Shown: positions 16,183 through 26,213, counted from the stretch's first letter. The stretch: 64,000 nt of DNA from Cryomorphaceae bacterium (GCA_034679985.1 JAXITR010000002.1:18532-82531); one strand, 5' to 3'. The notes: generated from the sequence alone by a model not told the origin. Made by a program: numbers and translations.

Positions 16183-16929
16183 ATGATTTACCGCTTTTTT
16201 GCCGAATTGGGTGCCTACTGGCTCTTTTTGCGCCAAGTCTTCCGTCGGCCGGAGCGGTTTGCGGAATACCGCAAGGCTTTTTGGCGCGATGTAGACGCCT
16301 TAGGTGTGAAAACATTGCCCTTGGTGGCCATCATTTCCTTGTTCATGGGCGCGGTAGTCACCATCCAGACGGCACTGAATTTGGAGGATCCACTCATCCC
16401 GCGCTACTACATCGCCATTGCCGTTCGGGAGTCCATTTTATTGGAGTTTGCACCCACCATCGTGAGCCTCATTTTGGCGGGCATCGTGGGTTCCAACATC
16501 TCCGGATCTCTAGGCAACATGCGCATCACGGAGCAAATCGACGCCCTGGAAGTCATGGGCATCAATCCGGCCGGGTTTTTGGTGCTCCCTAAAATCGCCG
16601 CCAACGTTTTGTTCAGCCCCGTCCTGCTCATTTTCTCCATGGCGGGGGGCTTGGTGGGCGGCTACTTGGCCGGTTGGTGGTTGGGACTTTTGTCTCCGGG
16701 TGAATTTTTATTGGGTCTTCGGTTGGAATTTCAACCCTTTTACATCGCCTATTCGGTATTTAAGATGACCGTTTTTGCGTTCTTCATTGCCAGTGTACCC
16801 TCCTTCTTTGGGTACCGCGTGAAAGGGGGGCCTTTGGAGGTGGGACACGCCAGCACCCAGGCCGTCATCGCCACCATCTTGGCGATCATCCTGTTCAACT
16901 ACATCCTGACCAACCTCATTCTGCAATGA
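16183..16929 (+). CDS. mlaE: MlaE/Ttg2B-family ABC transporter permease
   Basis: 248 aa, multi-TM. Motifs: TLPLVAIISLFMGAVVTIQ, NMRITEQIDALEVMGINP. Confidence 0.85.
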   Translation: MIYRFFAELGAYWLFLRQVFRRPERFAEYRKAFWRDVDALGVKTLPLVAIISLFMGAVVTIQTALNLEDPLIPRYYIAIAVRESILLEFAPTIVSLILAGIVGSNISGSLGNMRITEQIDALEVMGINPAGFLVLPKIAANVLFSPVLLIFSMAGGLVGGYLAGWWLGLLSPGEFLLGLRLEFQPFYIAYSVFKMTVFAFFIASVPSFFGYRVKGGPLEVGHASTQAVIATILAIILFNYILTNLILQ

Positions 16930-17687
16930 TTTCCGTGCGCAACCTCCACAAGTCCTTTGGTGACCAGCACGTGTTGCGCGGCATCGATGTGGAACTGAAG
17001 CCCGGCAAGTGCAACTTGATCATTGGCTTAAGTGGCTCCGGAAAAACGGTGATGCTGAAGTCCATTTTGGGGTTGGTTCAGCCCGACGAAGGCACCATTC
17101 TGTACGACGGCCGAAACCTGCGCGAAATGGAGCCCAGCGACGCCCGGAAGGTGCGCCAGGAAATGGGCATGGTCTTCCAAGGAAGCGCCCTGTTCACCTC
17201 GCAAAGCATCGAAGAAAACGTGCGTCTTCCCCTGGACTTTTTTACGAGCATGTCTGCGGCCGAGAAAAAGGAACGGGTTCGGTTCTGTTTGGAGCGCGTT
17301 CGCATTGAAAAAGCGGCCCACAAATACCCCGCGGAACTCTCTGGCGGCATGCAAAAACGCGTGGCCATTGCACGCGCCATCGTATTGAATCCCAAGTATT
17401 TGTTCTGCGACGAGCCCAACAGCGGCCTGGACCCAGAAACCTCCCTGGTCATCGACGCCCTCATCCAAGACATCACCCACGAGTACGGCATGACCACGGT
17501 CATCAATACGCACGACATGAACTCCGTTTTGGAGATTGGCGAGCACGTTCTCCTATTAAAGGGAGGCGAGAAGGTCTGGGAAGGCACGAACGACGAAATC
17601 CTGGAGGCGGAAGACCCGGCCGTAGTGGACTACGTTTTTCGATCCAACTTGATGAAAAGAGTGCGCACGGCCCTGAGCGGGCAGTGA
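16926..17687 (+). CDS. ABC transporter ATP-binding protein (MlaF-like)
   Basis: ATGA overlap with mlaE. Walker A GLSGSGKT, signature LSGGMQKRVAIARA, Walker B LFCDEP. Confidence 0.9.
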   Translation: MISVRNLHKSFGDQHVLRGIDVELKPGKCNLIIGLSGSGKTVMLKSILGLVQPDEGTILYDGRNLREMEPSDARKVRQEMGMVFQGSALFTSQSIEENVRLPLDFFTSMSAAEKKERVRFCLERVRIEKAAHKYPAELSGGMQKRVAIARAIVLNPKYLFCDEPNSGLDPETSLVIDALIQDITHEYGMTTVINTHDMNSVLEIGEHVLLLKGGEKVWEGTNDEILEAEDPAVVDYVFRSNLMKRVRTALSGQ

Positions 17688-17712
17688 ACGCGCACCGCGA
17701 TCTGCCTGCGAT

Positions 17713-19050
17713 TTACCGCGCTGTTCGTTCCAACAACAAAGCCTCAACTTCGGCACTGTCCCAACGCTCTTCTAGGCCCGGCAAAGCCATTACTTCGCGC
17801 ATGATGGCCTCCTGCCTGCGGCCGTTGGCCAAGGCCTCCGCGTAGGGCGTGTGCGAAAAGGTGACTTGGGTGTAGAGCGGCGTCCAGCGGTCCGGATGCT
17901 TGTTGGAGAACCACGCCTCAATTTTCTTCTGAAGCAGAAACTCCGGTTGGCCCACCAAATCGCGCATTTCAATGAAATTCAGCAAGGCCAACTCCGCAAT
18001 GGCGTCGCCGTTGGGTTTCTGAATGCGGCTGTATTCAGGCAACACGTTGGGCCAGTCCTCGCCGTGTGCGTCCAGGAGGTCGTCCAGCACCGTGCAATCC
18101 TCAAAACCGGCGTTCATGCCCTGTCCGTAGAACGGAACGATGGCGTGTGCGGCGTCGCCAATGAGGGCGACGGTTCCGTTGAATTGCCAGGGGTCGCACC
18201 GCATGATGACCAGGGAACTGGCGGGGTTGGTTTCCCACTGCGTGCGAAAATCAGGCATCAGGGAGAGGGCGTCGGGAAAAATGCGGGCAAAAAAGGCTTC
18301 GGCGTCGTCCGTAGTGGGCAAGCTCGCAAAACTCTCGGGGCCTTCCCACGCGAAAAACAGCGTCAGGGTGAAGCTGCCGTCTGGATTGGGCAAGGCGATG
18401 AGCATGTACCCGCCCCGCGGCCAAATGTGCAAGGCGTTTTTCTCCATTTGGAACGCTCCGTTCGCGCCAGCCGGAATGTGCAATTCCTTGTAGCCGTGAT
18501 CGATGTACTGCTGCTGGTACTGGTAGCGGTCCGTTTTGATCATGGCGGACCGGATGGCGCTGTAGGCACCGTCCGTGGCAAAAAGGAGCCCCGGTTCCAC
18601 GCGTTCCACGGATCCGTCGCCGGATTCAAAAGCCGCAGATCCGGTTTTTAGGTCCACGTCCACGCATTTGCGGTCAAAATGCAGGTGTACGTTGCCGCTT
18701 TGCTCCGCCAAGGTCATCAGCTGTTCGTTCAAACCGCCGCGGGAGACCGAATAAATGGCCTGGCCGTCTTTTCCGTAGGGTTGGCGGACCAAGGTGCCGT
18801 CCACGGCGTGCATCACGCGGTGGCTCATGGGGATGGCCTCGCGGGCAATGGCCTCCGCCAATCCGGCGCGCTCCAAGGCCTTCCAGCCGCGGTTGGAAAG
18901 GGCCAAATTGATGCTGCGTCCGCCGGCGTAGCCTGCTTTGCGGGAGTCCGTCCGACGCTCGTAAACGTCCACGCGGTAGCCGCGCTTGGCCAACAGGGCG
19001 GTCCACAACGAGCCGACGAGTCCGGCTCCAACTACAGTTGCTTTTTTCAT
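17713..19050 (-). CDS. kmo: Kynurenine 3-monooxygenase (FAD-dependent)
   Basis: 445 aa. Motifs: MKKATVVGAGLVGSLWTALLAKRGYRVDVYERR, GRSINLALSNRGWKAL, ALIGDAAHAIVPFYGQGMN. Confidence 0.85.
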   Translation of the reverse strand: MKKATVVGAGLVGSLWTALLAKRGYRVDVYERRTDSRKAGYAGGRSINLALSNRGWKALERAGLAEAIAREAIPMSHRVMHAVDGTLVRQPYGKDGQAIYSVSRGGLNEQLMTLAEQSGNVHLHFDRKCVDVDLKTGSAAFESGDGSVERVEPGLLFATDGAYSAIRSAMIKTDRYQYQQQYIDHGYKELHIPAGANGAFQMEKNALHIWPRGGYMLIALPNPDGSFTLTLFFAWEGPESFASLPTTDDAEAFFARIFPDALSLMPDFRTQWETNPASSLVIMRCDPWQFNGTVALIGDAAHAIVPFYGQGMNAGFEDCTVLDDLLDAHGEDWPNVLPEYSRIQKPNGDAIAELALLNFIEMRDLVGQPEFLLQKKIEAWFSNKHPDRWTPLYTQVTFSHTPYAEALANGRRQEAIMREVMALPGLEERWDSAEVEALLLERTAR

Positions 19051-20339
19051 GGGGTCAAAAGTTCCAACAGGATGGATTCCAGACGGGACAGGTCTTCGTA
19101 GGAATTATAGAGGGGCACGGGAGCCATGCGAATGCAGTCCGGCTCGCGCCAGTCTGCCACCACGCCGCGTTCCGTGAGGGCGTCAAAAAAAGATTTGCCG
19201 CGGCCGGGGAAGCGCACGCTCACCTGCGAGCCGCGTTCGTGGTCTGCGCGGGGCGTAAACACTTCGATGGCAGCGCCGGTGGTTTCGGCCGTACGGTCCA
19301 ACAAGCCCATCAAGGCCGCGGAGAGCTCCAAACTCTTGGTACGGCGCGCACCCGGATGTTCGGAGTCGGCGCGGTCAAACAGATCCAAGGAGGCCCGGTG
19401 CACCGCCATGCTCAACACCGGAGCGTTGGACAACTGCCAAGACTCCGCGGAGGGAATGGGGTGGAAGTCCGGCTCCATGAGGAAGCGTCGGGTTTTATCT
19501 TGGCCCCACCAGCCCGCCAAACGCAGGGTTTCTGCACCGTGGTGCCGCTCGTGCACAAAGATGCCCGCCACCCCGCCGGGGCTGCTGTTCAAGTACTTGT
19601 AGCTGCACCAGGCCGCAAAATCCACATTCCAGGCGTGCAGTTCCAACGGAACATTGCCCGCGGCGTGCGCCAAGTCCCAGCCCACCAGAACGCCGCGTTC
19701 TTGGGCGTAGGCGGTGAGTCGTTCCATAGGAAATACCTGTCCGGTGAAATAATTCACGCCGCCCACCAACATTAGGGCAATCTCGGAACCGTGTTTGTTC
19801 AGAGCCGCTTCAAAATCCTCCGGACGGTGCGTGCCACCGGGGCCGTTGGGGGCGATTTCGATCAAGTCCGTATCCGGGTTGAATCCGTGCCAGCGCAGCT
19901 GGGAGGCCAAGGCGTACCGATCGGACGGGAAGGCCTTGGCTTCGGTTAAAATCTTAAACCGCGAAGCCGTGGGGCGGTAAAAACTCGCCATCAAAAAGTG
20001 CAAGTTGGCGGTCAAAGAGCCCATGGCCACCACCTCGCTGGGCCGGGCGCCGGTCAAGCGGGCCAGGCTGGAGGTCATGCGTTCGTGGTAGGGCATCCAC
20101 GGGTTTTTGGCGGCAAAATGCCCCTCCACGCCCAGGCGCTGCCAGTCGTCCAATTCCGTTTGCAGGGCCGCGGACGCAGACTTGGGTTGCAAACCCAGCG
20201 AATTGCCGGTGAGGTAGACGCAATCTTCGCCCGCGTGCTGGGGAATGAAAAATTCCGACCGGTAGGAAAACAAGGGGTCCGCAGCGTCGCGCAGGCGCGC
20301 TTCCGAGAGCGGTAAATAACGTGTTGATAAAGGGTCCAT
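19047..20339 (-). CDS. kynU: Kynureninase (PLP-dependent)
   Basis: Track ORF 19047..20363 (TTG) trimmed to ATG 20339 (MDPLSTRYLPLSE). Motifs: VYLTGNSLGLQPK, VGWDLAHAAGNVPL, CSYKYLNSSPGG. 4-nt overlap with the kmo start. Confidence 0.85.
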   Translation of the reverse strand: MDPLSTRYLPLSEARLRDAADPLFSYRSEFFIPQHAGEDCVYLTGNSLGLQPKSASAALQTELDDWQRLGVEGHFAAKNPWMPYHERMTSSLARLTGARPSEVVAMGSLTANLHFLMASFYRPTASRFKILTEAKAFPSDRYALASQLRWHGFNPDTDLIEIAPNGPGGTHRPEDFEAALNKHGSEIALMLVGGVNYFTGQVFPMERLTAYAQERGVLVGWDLAHAAGNVPLELHAWNVDFAAWCSYKYLNSSPGGVAGIFVHERHHGAETLRLAGWWGQDKTRRFLMEPDFHPIPSAESWQLSNAPVLSMAVHRASLDLFDRADSEHPGARRTKSLELSAALMGLLDRTAETTGAAIEVFTPRADHERGSQVSVRFPGRGKSFFDALTERGVVADWREPDCIRMAPVPLYNSYEDLSRLESILLELLTP

Positions 20340-20381
20340 CAAAGCTTTCGTTGACCCCTGCAAGGTAGGGCAGTTTTGGAG

Positions 20382-20389
20382 TAATTTTG
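20382..20389 (+). promoter_or_regulatory. -7 promoter box TAATTTTG, 25 nt upstream of the gcvP ATG
   Basis: Exact TAnnTTTG match. Confidence 0.5.
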
Positions 20390-20414
20390 TGACCTTCTAA
20401 AACCCTTTGTCGCC

Positions 20415-23276
20415 ATGACAACCCCCGACTTTGCGCGTCGCCACATCGGTCCAAGTGCCGAAGAAACCCAGCAAATGCTGGACGCTCTGAACGTCCCCAC
20501 GTTGGACGTGCTGATCGAACAGACCGTACCTGCGGCCATCCGCATGAACGAGCCGCTCGACGTTGCACCGGCCCTAAGCGAGAGCGACTACCTGCGCCAC
20601 GTACACGAGTTGTCCGGCAAGAACCAAGTGTTCCGCAACTTCATAGGCTTGGGCTACCACCCCACGGTAACGCCGTCGGTCATTCAGCGCAATATTTTGG
20701 AAAATCCAGGTTGGTACACGGCCTACACGCCCTACCAGGCGGAGATTGCCCAGGGCCGCATGGAGGCACTTTTGAACTACCAAACCATGGTGGTGGACCT
20801 CACCGGCATGGAGTTGGCCAACGCGTCTTTGTTGGACGAGGCCACGGCCGCCGGCGAAGCCATGACCATGCTGTTGGGCGCGCGAAGCCGCGAACAGCAA
20901 AAGCGCAACGCCAACAAATTTTTTGTTGACACGGACGCTCTTCCCCAAGTGAAATCCCTTTTGTCCACGCGCGGCATCCCCCAAGGCATTGAGTTGGTGG
21001 AGGGCCGTGCGGACGAATTCGTTCCGACGGACGACTTTTTTGGCGCTTTGATTCAGTACCCCACCGCTACCGGTGCGGTTCGCGACGGCAAGGCCTTTGC
21101 CGCTGCCTGTGCGAAGCACGAAATCAGCGTAGCCGTAGCCGCCGATTTGATGTCTTTGGCGCTATTGACCCCTCCCGGGGAATGGGGCGCCGCCGTGGTG
21201 GTGGGTACGTCCCAACGCTTTGGCATTCCCATGGGCTTTGGCGGTCCGCACGCGGCCTTCTTCGCCACCAAGGAAGACTTCAAACGCTTCATTCCGGGCC
21301 GTATCATTGGCCGTACCATCGATAAAGACGGCAATCCCGCTTTGCGCATGGCCCTGCAAACCCGCGAACAACACATCAAGCGCGACCGCGCTACCTCCAA
21401 CATCTGCACGGCACAAGTGCTTTTGTCCGTCATGGCGGGCATGTACGGCGCCTACCACGGTCCCAACGGCATTCGCCAAATTGCAACCACCATCCACCGC
21501 AAGGCGGTGGCACTGAACGAAGCGTTGACCGCTTTGGGCTACGCCCAGCACAACGCCAACTTCTTCGACACCCTGCACTTGGCGGCCGATGATTCCCTGC
21601 AGGCCCGCATCCGCACCGCCACCGAGTCCCGCGGCATCAACGTGGGGTACTACAACGGCGGAGTTTTGGTGGCTGCGCACGAGGTAGCCAACGCTCAAGA
21701 CCTGCAAGACCTGGTGGACGCCTTCGCAGAAGCGGCAGGCCGTGCCACCGTGTCCCTCAACACGCAAGCGTCTACCGCCCTTCCCGCAGAAATGCTGCGG
21801 ACGTCGGACTTCATGACGCATCCGGCCTTCAACAGCTACCACAGCGAGTCCGAAATGATGCGCTACATCAAGAAGTTGGAGCGCAAGGACTTGTCCCTGA
21901 ACCACTCCATGATTTCCTTGGGCAGCTGCACCATGAAGCTGAACGCCGCGTCTGAGATGCTCCCGTTGAGCTGGCCGGCCTGGGGCCAAATGCACCCCTT
22001 CGTCCCCGCCAAGCAAGCGGCCGGATACTTAGAAATCATTGAATCTTTGGAGCGCGATTTGGCAGTAGTCACCGGGTTCGACGCCACTTCCCTACAGCCC
22101 AACTCGGGCGCACAAGGGGAGTACGCCGGTTTGATGGTCATCCGCGCCTACCACCAGTCCCGCGGGGATCACCACCGCAATGTGGCCCTCATTCCGTCCT
22201 CCGCCCACGGCACCAATCCCGCGTCTGCCGTCATGGCGGGCATGGACGTGGTGGTGGTGGGTTGCGACGACCGCGGCAACATCGATTTGGTGGATTTGCA
22301 AGCCAAGGCGGAGCAGTATTCGGACCGACTGGCGTGCATGATGATCACGTATCCGTCCACCCACGGCGTATTTGAAGCGTCCGTAAAGGAGGCCACCAGC
22401 CTGATCCACCAACACGGCGGCCAGGTGTACATGGACGGCGCCAACATGAATGCCCAGGTGGGCCTCACGTCTCCCGGCCTGATTGGCGCGGACGTGTGTC
22501 ACTTGAATTTGCACAAAACCTTTGCGATTCCGCACGGCGGTGGCGGTCCTGGAGTAGGACCCATCTGCGTGAAGGCGCATTTGGCGCCGTTCTTGCCGTC
22601 GCACCCGGTGGTGGCAACGGGCGGTAATCAGCCGATCACGGCCATTTCCGCAGCACCCTACGGAAGCGCTTTGGTGCTGTTGATCAGCTACGCTTACATC
22701 AAGATGCTGGGCGGGGAAGGGCTGCGCGACGCTACGCGCTACGCCATCCTCAACGCCAACTACATGAAGCAGCGATTGGAATCGGGCTTCCAAGTATTGT
22801 ACACCGGTGACAACGGTCGTTGCGCCCACGAAATGATCTTGGACTGCCGACCCTTCAAGCGCGACGGCGGCATTGAGGTGGTGGACCTGGCCAAGCGTTT
22901 GATGGACTACGGCTACCACGCCCCCACGGTCAGCTTCCCCGTGGCCGGCACCCTGATGATTGAGCCCACGGAAAGCGAATCCAAAATGGAGTTGGACCGC
23001 TTCTGCGACGCCCTGTTGGCCATTCGCGCGGAGGTTCAGGACATCATCGACGGGAAGGTGGACGCGGAAAACAACCTGTTGAAGAACGCCCCGCACACCC
23101 TGACCATGGTGACCGCCAACGACTGGAATTGGCCCTACACCCGCCACGACGCGGCTTATCCGCTGCCGTACGTAGCCGAAAACAAGTTTTGGCCCACCGT
23201 TCGCCGCGTGGACGAAGCCTACGGCGATCGCAACCTGCAGTGTACCTGTGCTCCGGTTTCGTCGTATGCGGAATAG
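20415..23276 (+). CDS. gcvP: Glycine dehydrogenase (decarboxylating), single-chain P protein
   Basis: 953 aa. Motifs: NPGWYTAYTPYQAEIAQGRMEALLN, and the PLP-lysine region NLHKTFAIPHGGGGPGVGPI. Confidence 0.95.
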   Translation: MTTPDFARRHIGPSAEETQQMLDALNVPTLDVLIEQTVPAAIRMNEPLDVAPALSESDYLRHVHELSGKNQVFRNFIGLGYHPTVTPSVIQRNILENPGWYTAYTPYQAEIAQGRMEALLNYQTMVVDLTGMELANASLLDEATAAGEAMTMLLGARSREQQKRNANKFFVDTDALPQVKSLLSTRGIPQGIELVEGRADEFVPTDDFFGALIQYPTATGAVRDGKAFAAACAKHEISVAVAADLMSLALLTPPGEWGAAVVVGTSQRFGIPMGFGGPHAAFFATKEDFKRFIPGRIIGRTIDKDGNPALRMALQTREQHIKRDRATSNICTAQVLLSVMAGMYGAYHGPNGIRQIATTIHRKAVALNEALTALGYAQHNANFFDTLHLAADDSLQARIRTATESRGINVGYYNGGVLVAAHEVANAQDLQDLVDAFAEAAGRATVSLNTQASTALPAEMLRTSDFMTHPAFNSYHSESEMMRYIKKLERKDLSLNHSMISLGSCTMKLNAASEMLPLSWPAWGQMHPFVPAKQAAGYLEIIESLERDLAVVTGFDATSLQPNSGAQGEYAGLMVIRAYHQSRGDHHRNVALIPSSAHGTNPASAVMAGMDVVVVGCDDRGNIDLVDLQAKAEQYSDRLACMMITYPSTHGVFEASVKEATSLIHQHGGQVYMDGANMNAQVGLTSPGLIGADVCHLNLHKTFAIPHGGGGPGVGPICVKAHLAPFLPSHPVVATGGNQPITAISAAPYGSALVLLISYAYIKMLGGEGLRDATRYAILNANYMKQRLESGFQVLYTGDNGRCAHEMILDCRPFKRDGGIEVVDLAKRLMDYGYHAPTVSFPVAGTLMIEPTESESKMELDRFCDALLAIRAEVQDIIDGKVDAENNLLKNAPHTLTMVTANDWNWPYTRHDAAYPLPYVAENKFWPTVRRVDEAYGDRNLQCTCAPVSSYAE

Positions 23277-23306
23277 TCAATAAGGAGTCCGATTCTTTTC
23301 GCCATC

Positions 23307-23338
23307 AAGCCCCTGCCGCCGCAGGGGCTTGTTTTTTT
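23307..23338 (+). terminator. Rho-independent terminator after gcvP
   Basis: 10-bp stem AAGCCCCTGC / GCAGGGGCTT with a 4-nt loop, followed by G and seven T. Confidence 0.8.
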
Positions 23339-23441
23339 GAGCGAAATGCGAAAAAGTGGCAAAGAAAAAGCAACGAAGAATCCGAAGTAATTTAATTCTT
23401 TCGTAATATTGGTCCTTGCGTAATGCTTTAAAGCCCATAAC

Positions 23442-25457
23442 ATGAAAAAAACCTACTTTTTTGCCTTGATGGCAACGGGATTGGTGGCGATGGCCCAGTC
23501 CCCGAAGGCCCGCGTTGAAGCTCAGCGCACGGCCGACAACAACGAACAGCGCCCCGCGCGCTCTTCCGCAACGGCCCGCTACACGGGTACGGAAACGGTC
23601 ATTTATTCTGAAACCTTTGCAAACGGTATTCCAGCTTCTTGGGACAATACCGGCGGTTTGGCCAACGGCGTTGCCGATGCTGATTCCAAGTGGGAATACC
23701 GCGGTACCACCACCACTCCAGGTGTCGTTACCGGTTCACGCGGTGGCTACGCCGGTACGGCCGCTACCGGTCAGCTGGCTATTCAAAGCCCTACGGCAGC
23801 CAACGGATTTGTCTTGTTTGACTCCGACTTTTTGGACAACGCAGGCATCGCCGGCAACTTCGGAAACGGTATTGCCGCAGCTCCACACGTTGCTAACCTA
23901 ACCTCTGGCGTCATCAACTTGACCGGCTACACCGAGGTGGATTTGGTGTTTAACCAATACTACCGTCGTTTCGCAGGCCCAACCGGCCAAGGCGTTCCCG
24001 CTACCTACATTGACTTCTCAACCAACGGTGGCACCACGTGGCCCTACACCGTAACGTTGAATGCGGGCATCGCGGTTAACTCCGCCACCACCCGTACTGA
24101 CGTTGCTGCTGTACCCATTCCCGCTGCAGTTGCTGGTCAAGCCAACGTGAAGTTCCGTTTCCGTTTTGACGGTGACTACTACTTCTGGCAGATCGACGAC
24201 GTGAAAATCATCGAGACGCCCAAGCACCGCTTGGAGTACATCGTGAACGCCAACGGCGCTCCTAAAGTGGACATCATCTACGGTCCCGCTTCCGGTTCTT
24301 CCAAGTTGGGCAACATGTCCTTGAAGCAAAACCGCTCCATCACGTTCGACGGCAACGTGGTAAACACCGGTTCTGCCAACCAAACCAACGTGAAGTTGCA
24401 AGTGAAAATCTTGAACAGCACGGGTGCTGTTGTACAAACCTTGAACGGCCCTGTAAAGGCTACCTTGGTTTCTGGCGACACCGCTGACTACAACGATTTG
24501 AACACCTTGGCCACTGCTTGGACACCTGCTGCTGTAGGTACCTACGGAGTAGCGATCAGCGTTGTTACGGACTCTACGGTTGCTGTGTTCCCGGACACCA
24601 TGGCCGTAACGGTGACCAACGACTTCAACTCTTTGGACTTCTCACGTTTCTCCAACTCCATCGGTACTCCGAACATCGGTGTGGACGGTTCTGCCTTTGC
24701 AGCACGCCACGATTTTGTCAACGCTGAGCGCTTGTTCGGCGTGAACGTTGGCATCTCCAACCTGACCACCGGCGGTGGTATTGTTGAAATGTCGGTTTTC
24801 GACTCTTCTGCCTTCGACGGCTTCACCACCGGTTTCGACCAGAACGCCATCTTGGCTTACGTACAACACACCATCACGGCTGCCGATACGGCCGCGGGTA
24901 CGATCTACTTTGATTTGACCGACCCCACCACCGGCTTCCCCATGTTGTTGCCCCAAGGTTCGTACTTCTTTGTGTTCACCATGTACTCCAACAACGGTGC
25001 AGAAGTGATCCGCATGCGCAACGACGATAGCTTTGAGAATGCATCCGGTTCTGCCATGATGTACCTGACTACGGTGAACGGTACTGCTTACAACCGTTGG
25101 TTTACGGGCTACAGCAGCGGTCGTTCGTTCGAAAACCCTTGGATCCGTTCCAAGACGTGCGAATCAGCGAATCCCGTTGCGTGCATGGGCATTGGCATGA
25201 CCGAAGAGGCTATGGCTTCCATCACGGTTGCTCCAGTTCCTGCGAATGAGTTCATGAACGTTGCCTTCGGCGACGCAGACGGTCAGTTTGAATTGACCTT
25301 GATCGACATCACCGGTAAAGTGGTAAAGGCCCGCAACGTAGTTGCTGAAGCCGGTACTTCCGTGCCTGTATACGTTGGTGACTTGGCTGCCGGTATGTAC
25401 ACCCTGAACGTACAGAACGGTGCACAAGTGAAGACTTTGAAAGTAGCCATCCAATAA
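23442..25457 (+). CDS. Secreted T9SS cargo protein with an N-terminal jelly-roll-like module and a C-terminal sorting domain
   Basis: Signal peptide MKKTYFFALMATGLVAMAQS. N-terminal module ends in the YFWQIDDVKII signature seen in MAM/choice-of-anchor-type domains. The last ~80 aa (ITVAPVPANEFMNVAF...LIDITGKVV...LAAGMYTLNVQNGAQVKTLKVAIQ) fit the T9SS type A C-terminal domain pattern. Confidence 0.85.
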   Translation: MKKTYFFALMATGLVAMAQSPKARVEAQRTADNNEQRPARSSATARYTGTETVIYSETFANGIPASWDNTGGLANGVADADSKWEYRGTTTTPGVVTGSRGGYAGTAATGQLAIQSPTAANGFVLFDSDFLDNAGIAGNFGNGIAAAPHVANLTSGVINLTGYTEVDLVFNQYYRRFAGPTGQGVPATYIDFSTNGGTTWPYTVTLNAGIAVNSATTRTDVAAVPIPAAVAGQANVKFRFRFDGDYYFWQIDDVKIIETPKHRLEYIVNANGAPKVDIIYGPASGSSKLGNMSLKQNRSITFDGNVVNTGSANQTNVKLQVKILNSTGAVVQTLNGPVKATLVSGDTADYNDLNTLATAWTPAAVGTYGVAISVVTDSTVAVFPDTMAVTVTNDFNSLDFSRFSNSIGTPNIGVDGSAFAARHDFVNAERLFGVNVGISNLTTGGGIVEMSVFDSSAFDGFTTGFDQNAILAYVQHTITAADTAAGTIYFDLTDPTTGFPMLLPQGSYFFVFTMYSNNGAEVIRMRNDDSFENASGSAMMYLTTVNGTAYNRWFTGYSSGRSFENPWIRSKTCESANPVACMGIGMTEEAMASITVAPVPANEFMNVAFGDADGQFELTLIDITGKVVKARNVVAEAGTSVPVYVGDLAAGMYTLNVQNGAQVKTLKVAIQ

Positions 25458-25468
25458 GGACTGCCTTT

Positions 25469-25501
25469 CTAAACTGAAGGAGCCGCCTCGCAAGAGGCGG
25501 C
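25469..25501 (+). terminator. Rho-independent terminator after the T9SS cargo gene
   Basis: Stem GGAGCCGCCTC / GAGGCGGCTC with loop GCAA, followed by eight T. Lies between convergent genes. Confidence 0.85.
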
Positions 25502-25573
25502 TCTTTTTTTTACCCCTCCGTAACGGTTGGGGTGGCGTGCGGTCAGTATGGGGACGGTGGGAACCGTCGGTTG

Positions 25574-26209
25574 CTACTTGCCGGCGTACTTGGGATTGAC
25601 GGTGCGCGTGATGAAGTCGCGCTCGGCGCTCCAACCGCGGGCCGGGGAGTATTCCCGACCGTAGAAGATGATTTGCAGGTGGAGCTTGTTCCATCGGTCC
25701 TCGGGAAAAAGACGCTTGGCGTCGCGCTCGGTTTGTTCCACGCTCTTGCCGTTGGTCAGTTTCCATCGGGTTAAAAGGCGGTGGATGTGGGTATCCACGG
25801 GAAAGGCGGGCACCCCAAAGGCCTGGCCCATCACCACCGAGGCAGTTTTGTGGCCTACGGCGGGTAGGGCCTCCAGCGCTTCAAAGGAGGCGGGGACCTC
25901 GCCACCGTGCTGGTGAACAATCATTTCCGACAGCCCCTTCAGGCCCTTAGACTTCATGGGCGTCAGACCCACCGATCGGATCAAATCCGCGATTTCTTCC
26001 ACCGAAAGTTGCGCCATCTGGGCGGGGGTGGAGGCGCGGGCAAAGAGTGCGGGCGTGACGGTGTTGACGCGAGCGTCCGTGCATTGCGCGGAGAGGACCA
26101 CCGCCACCAACAGGGTGAAGGCGTCGGTGTGGTCCAAAGGAATGGGCGTCTCCGGGTACAGGCGCTCCAGTTCGTCTTGGATGTAGCGGACGACGTCGGA
26201 TTTTTTCAT
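25574..26209 (-). CDS. nth: Endonuclease III homolog (HhH-GPD glycosylase) lacking the Fe-S cluster cysteines
   Basis: Track ORF 25574..26239 trimmed to ATG 26209 (MKKSDVVRYIQDELERLYPE). Motifs: LLVAVVLSAQCTDARVN, LPAVGHKTASVVM, PVDTHIHR. The C-terminus YGREYSPARGW... contains no cysteine. Confidence 0.85.
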   Translation of the reverse strand: MKKSDVVRYIQDELERLYPETPIPLDHTDAFTLLVAVVLSAQCTDARVNTVTPALFARASTPAQMAQLSVEEIADLIRSVGLTPMKSKGLKGLSEMIVHQHGGEVPASFEALEALPAVGHKTASVVMGQAFGVPAFPVDTHIHRLLTRWKLTNGKSVEQTERDAKRLFPEDRWNKLHLQIIFYGREYSPARGWSAERDFITRTVNPKYAGK

Positions 26210-26213
26210 AAGA

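Noticed and set aside
20340-20414. Possible glycine riboswitch upstream of gcvP
   Set aside because: The spacer is only 75 nt, and a -7 box sits 25 nt from the ATG. That leaves no room for even a single glycine aptamer, and I saw no conserved aptamer core.
22092-23147. 351-aa minus-strand ORF
   Set aside because: It is antisense to gcvP. Same reasoning as the other shadow ORFs.
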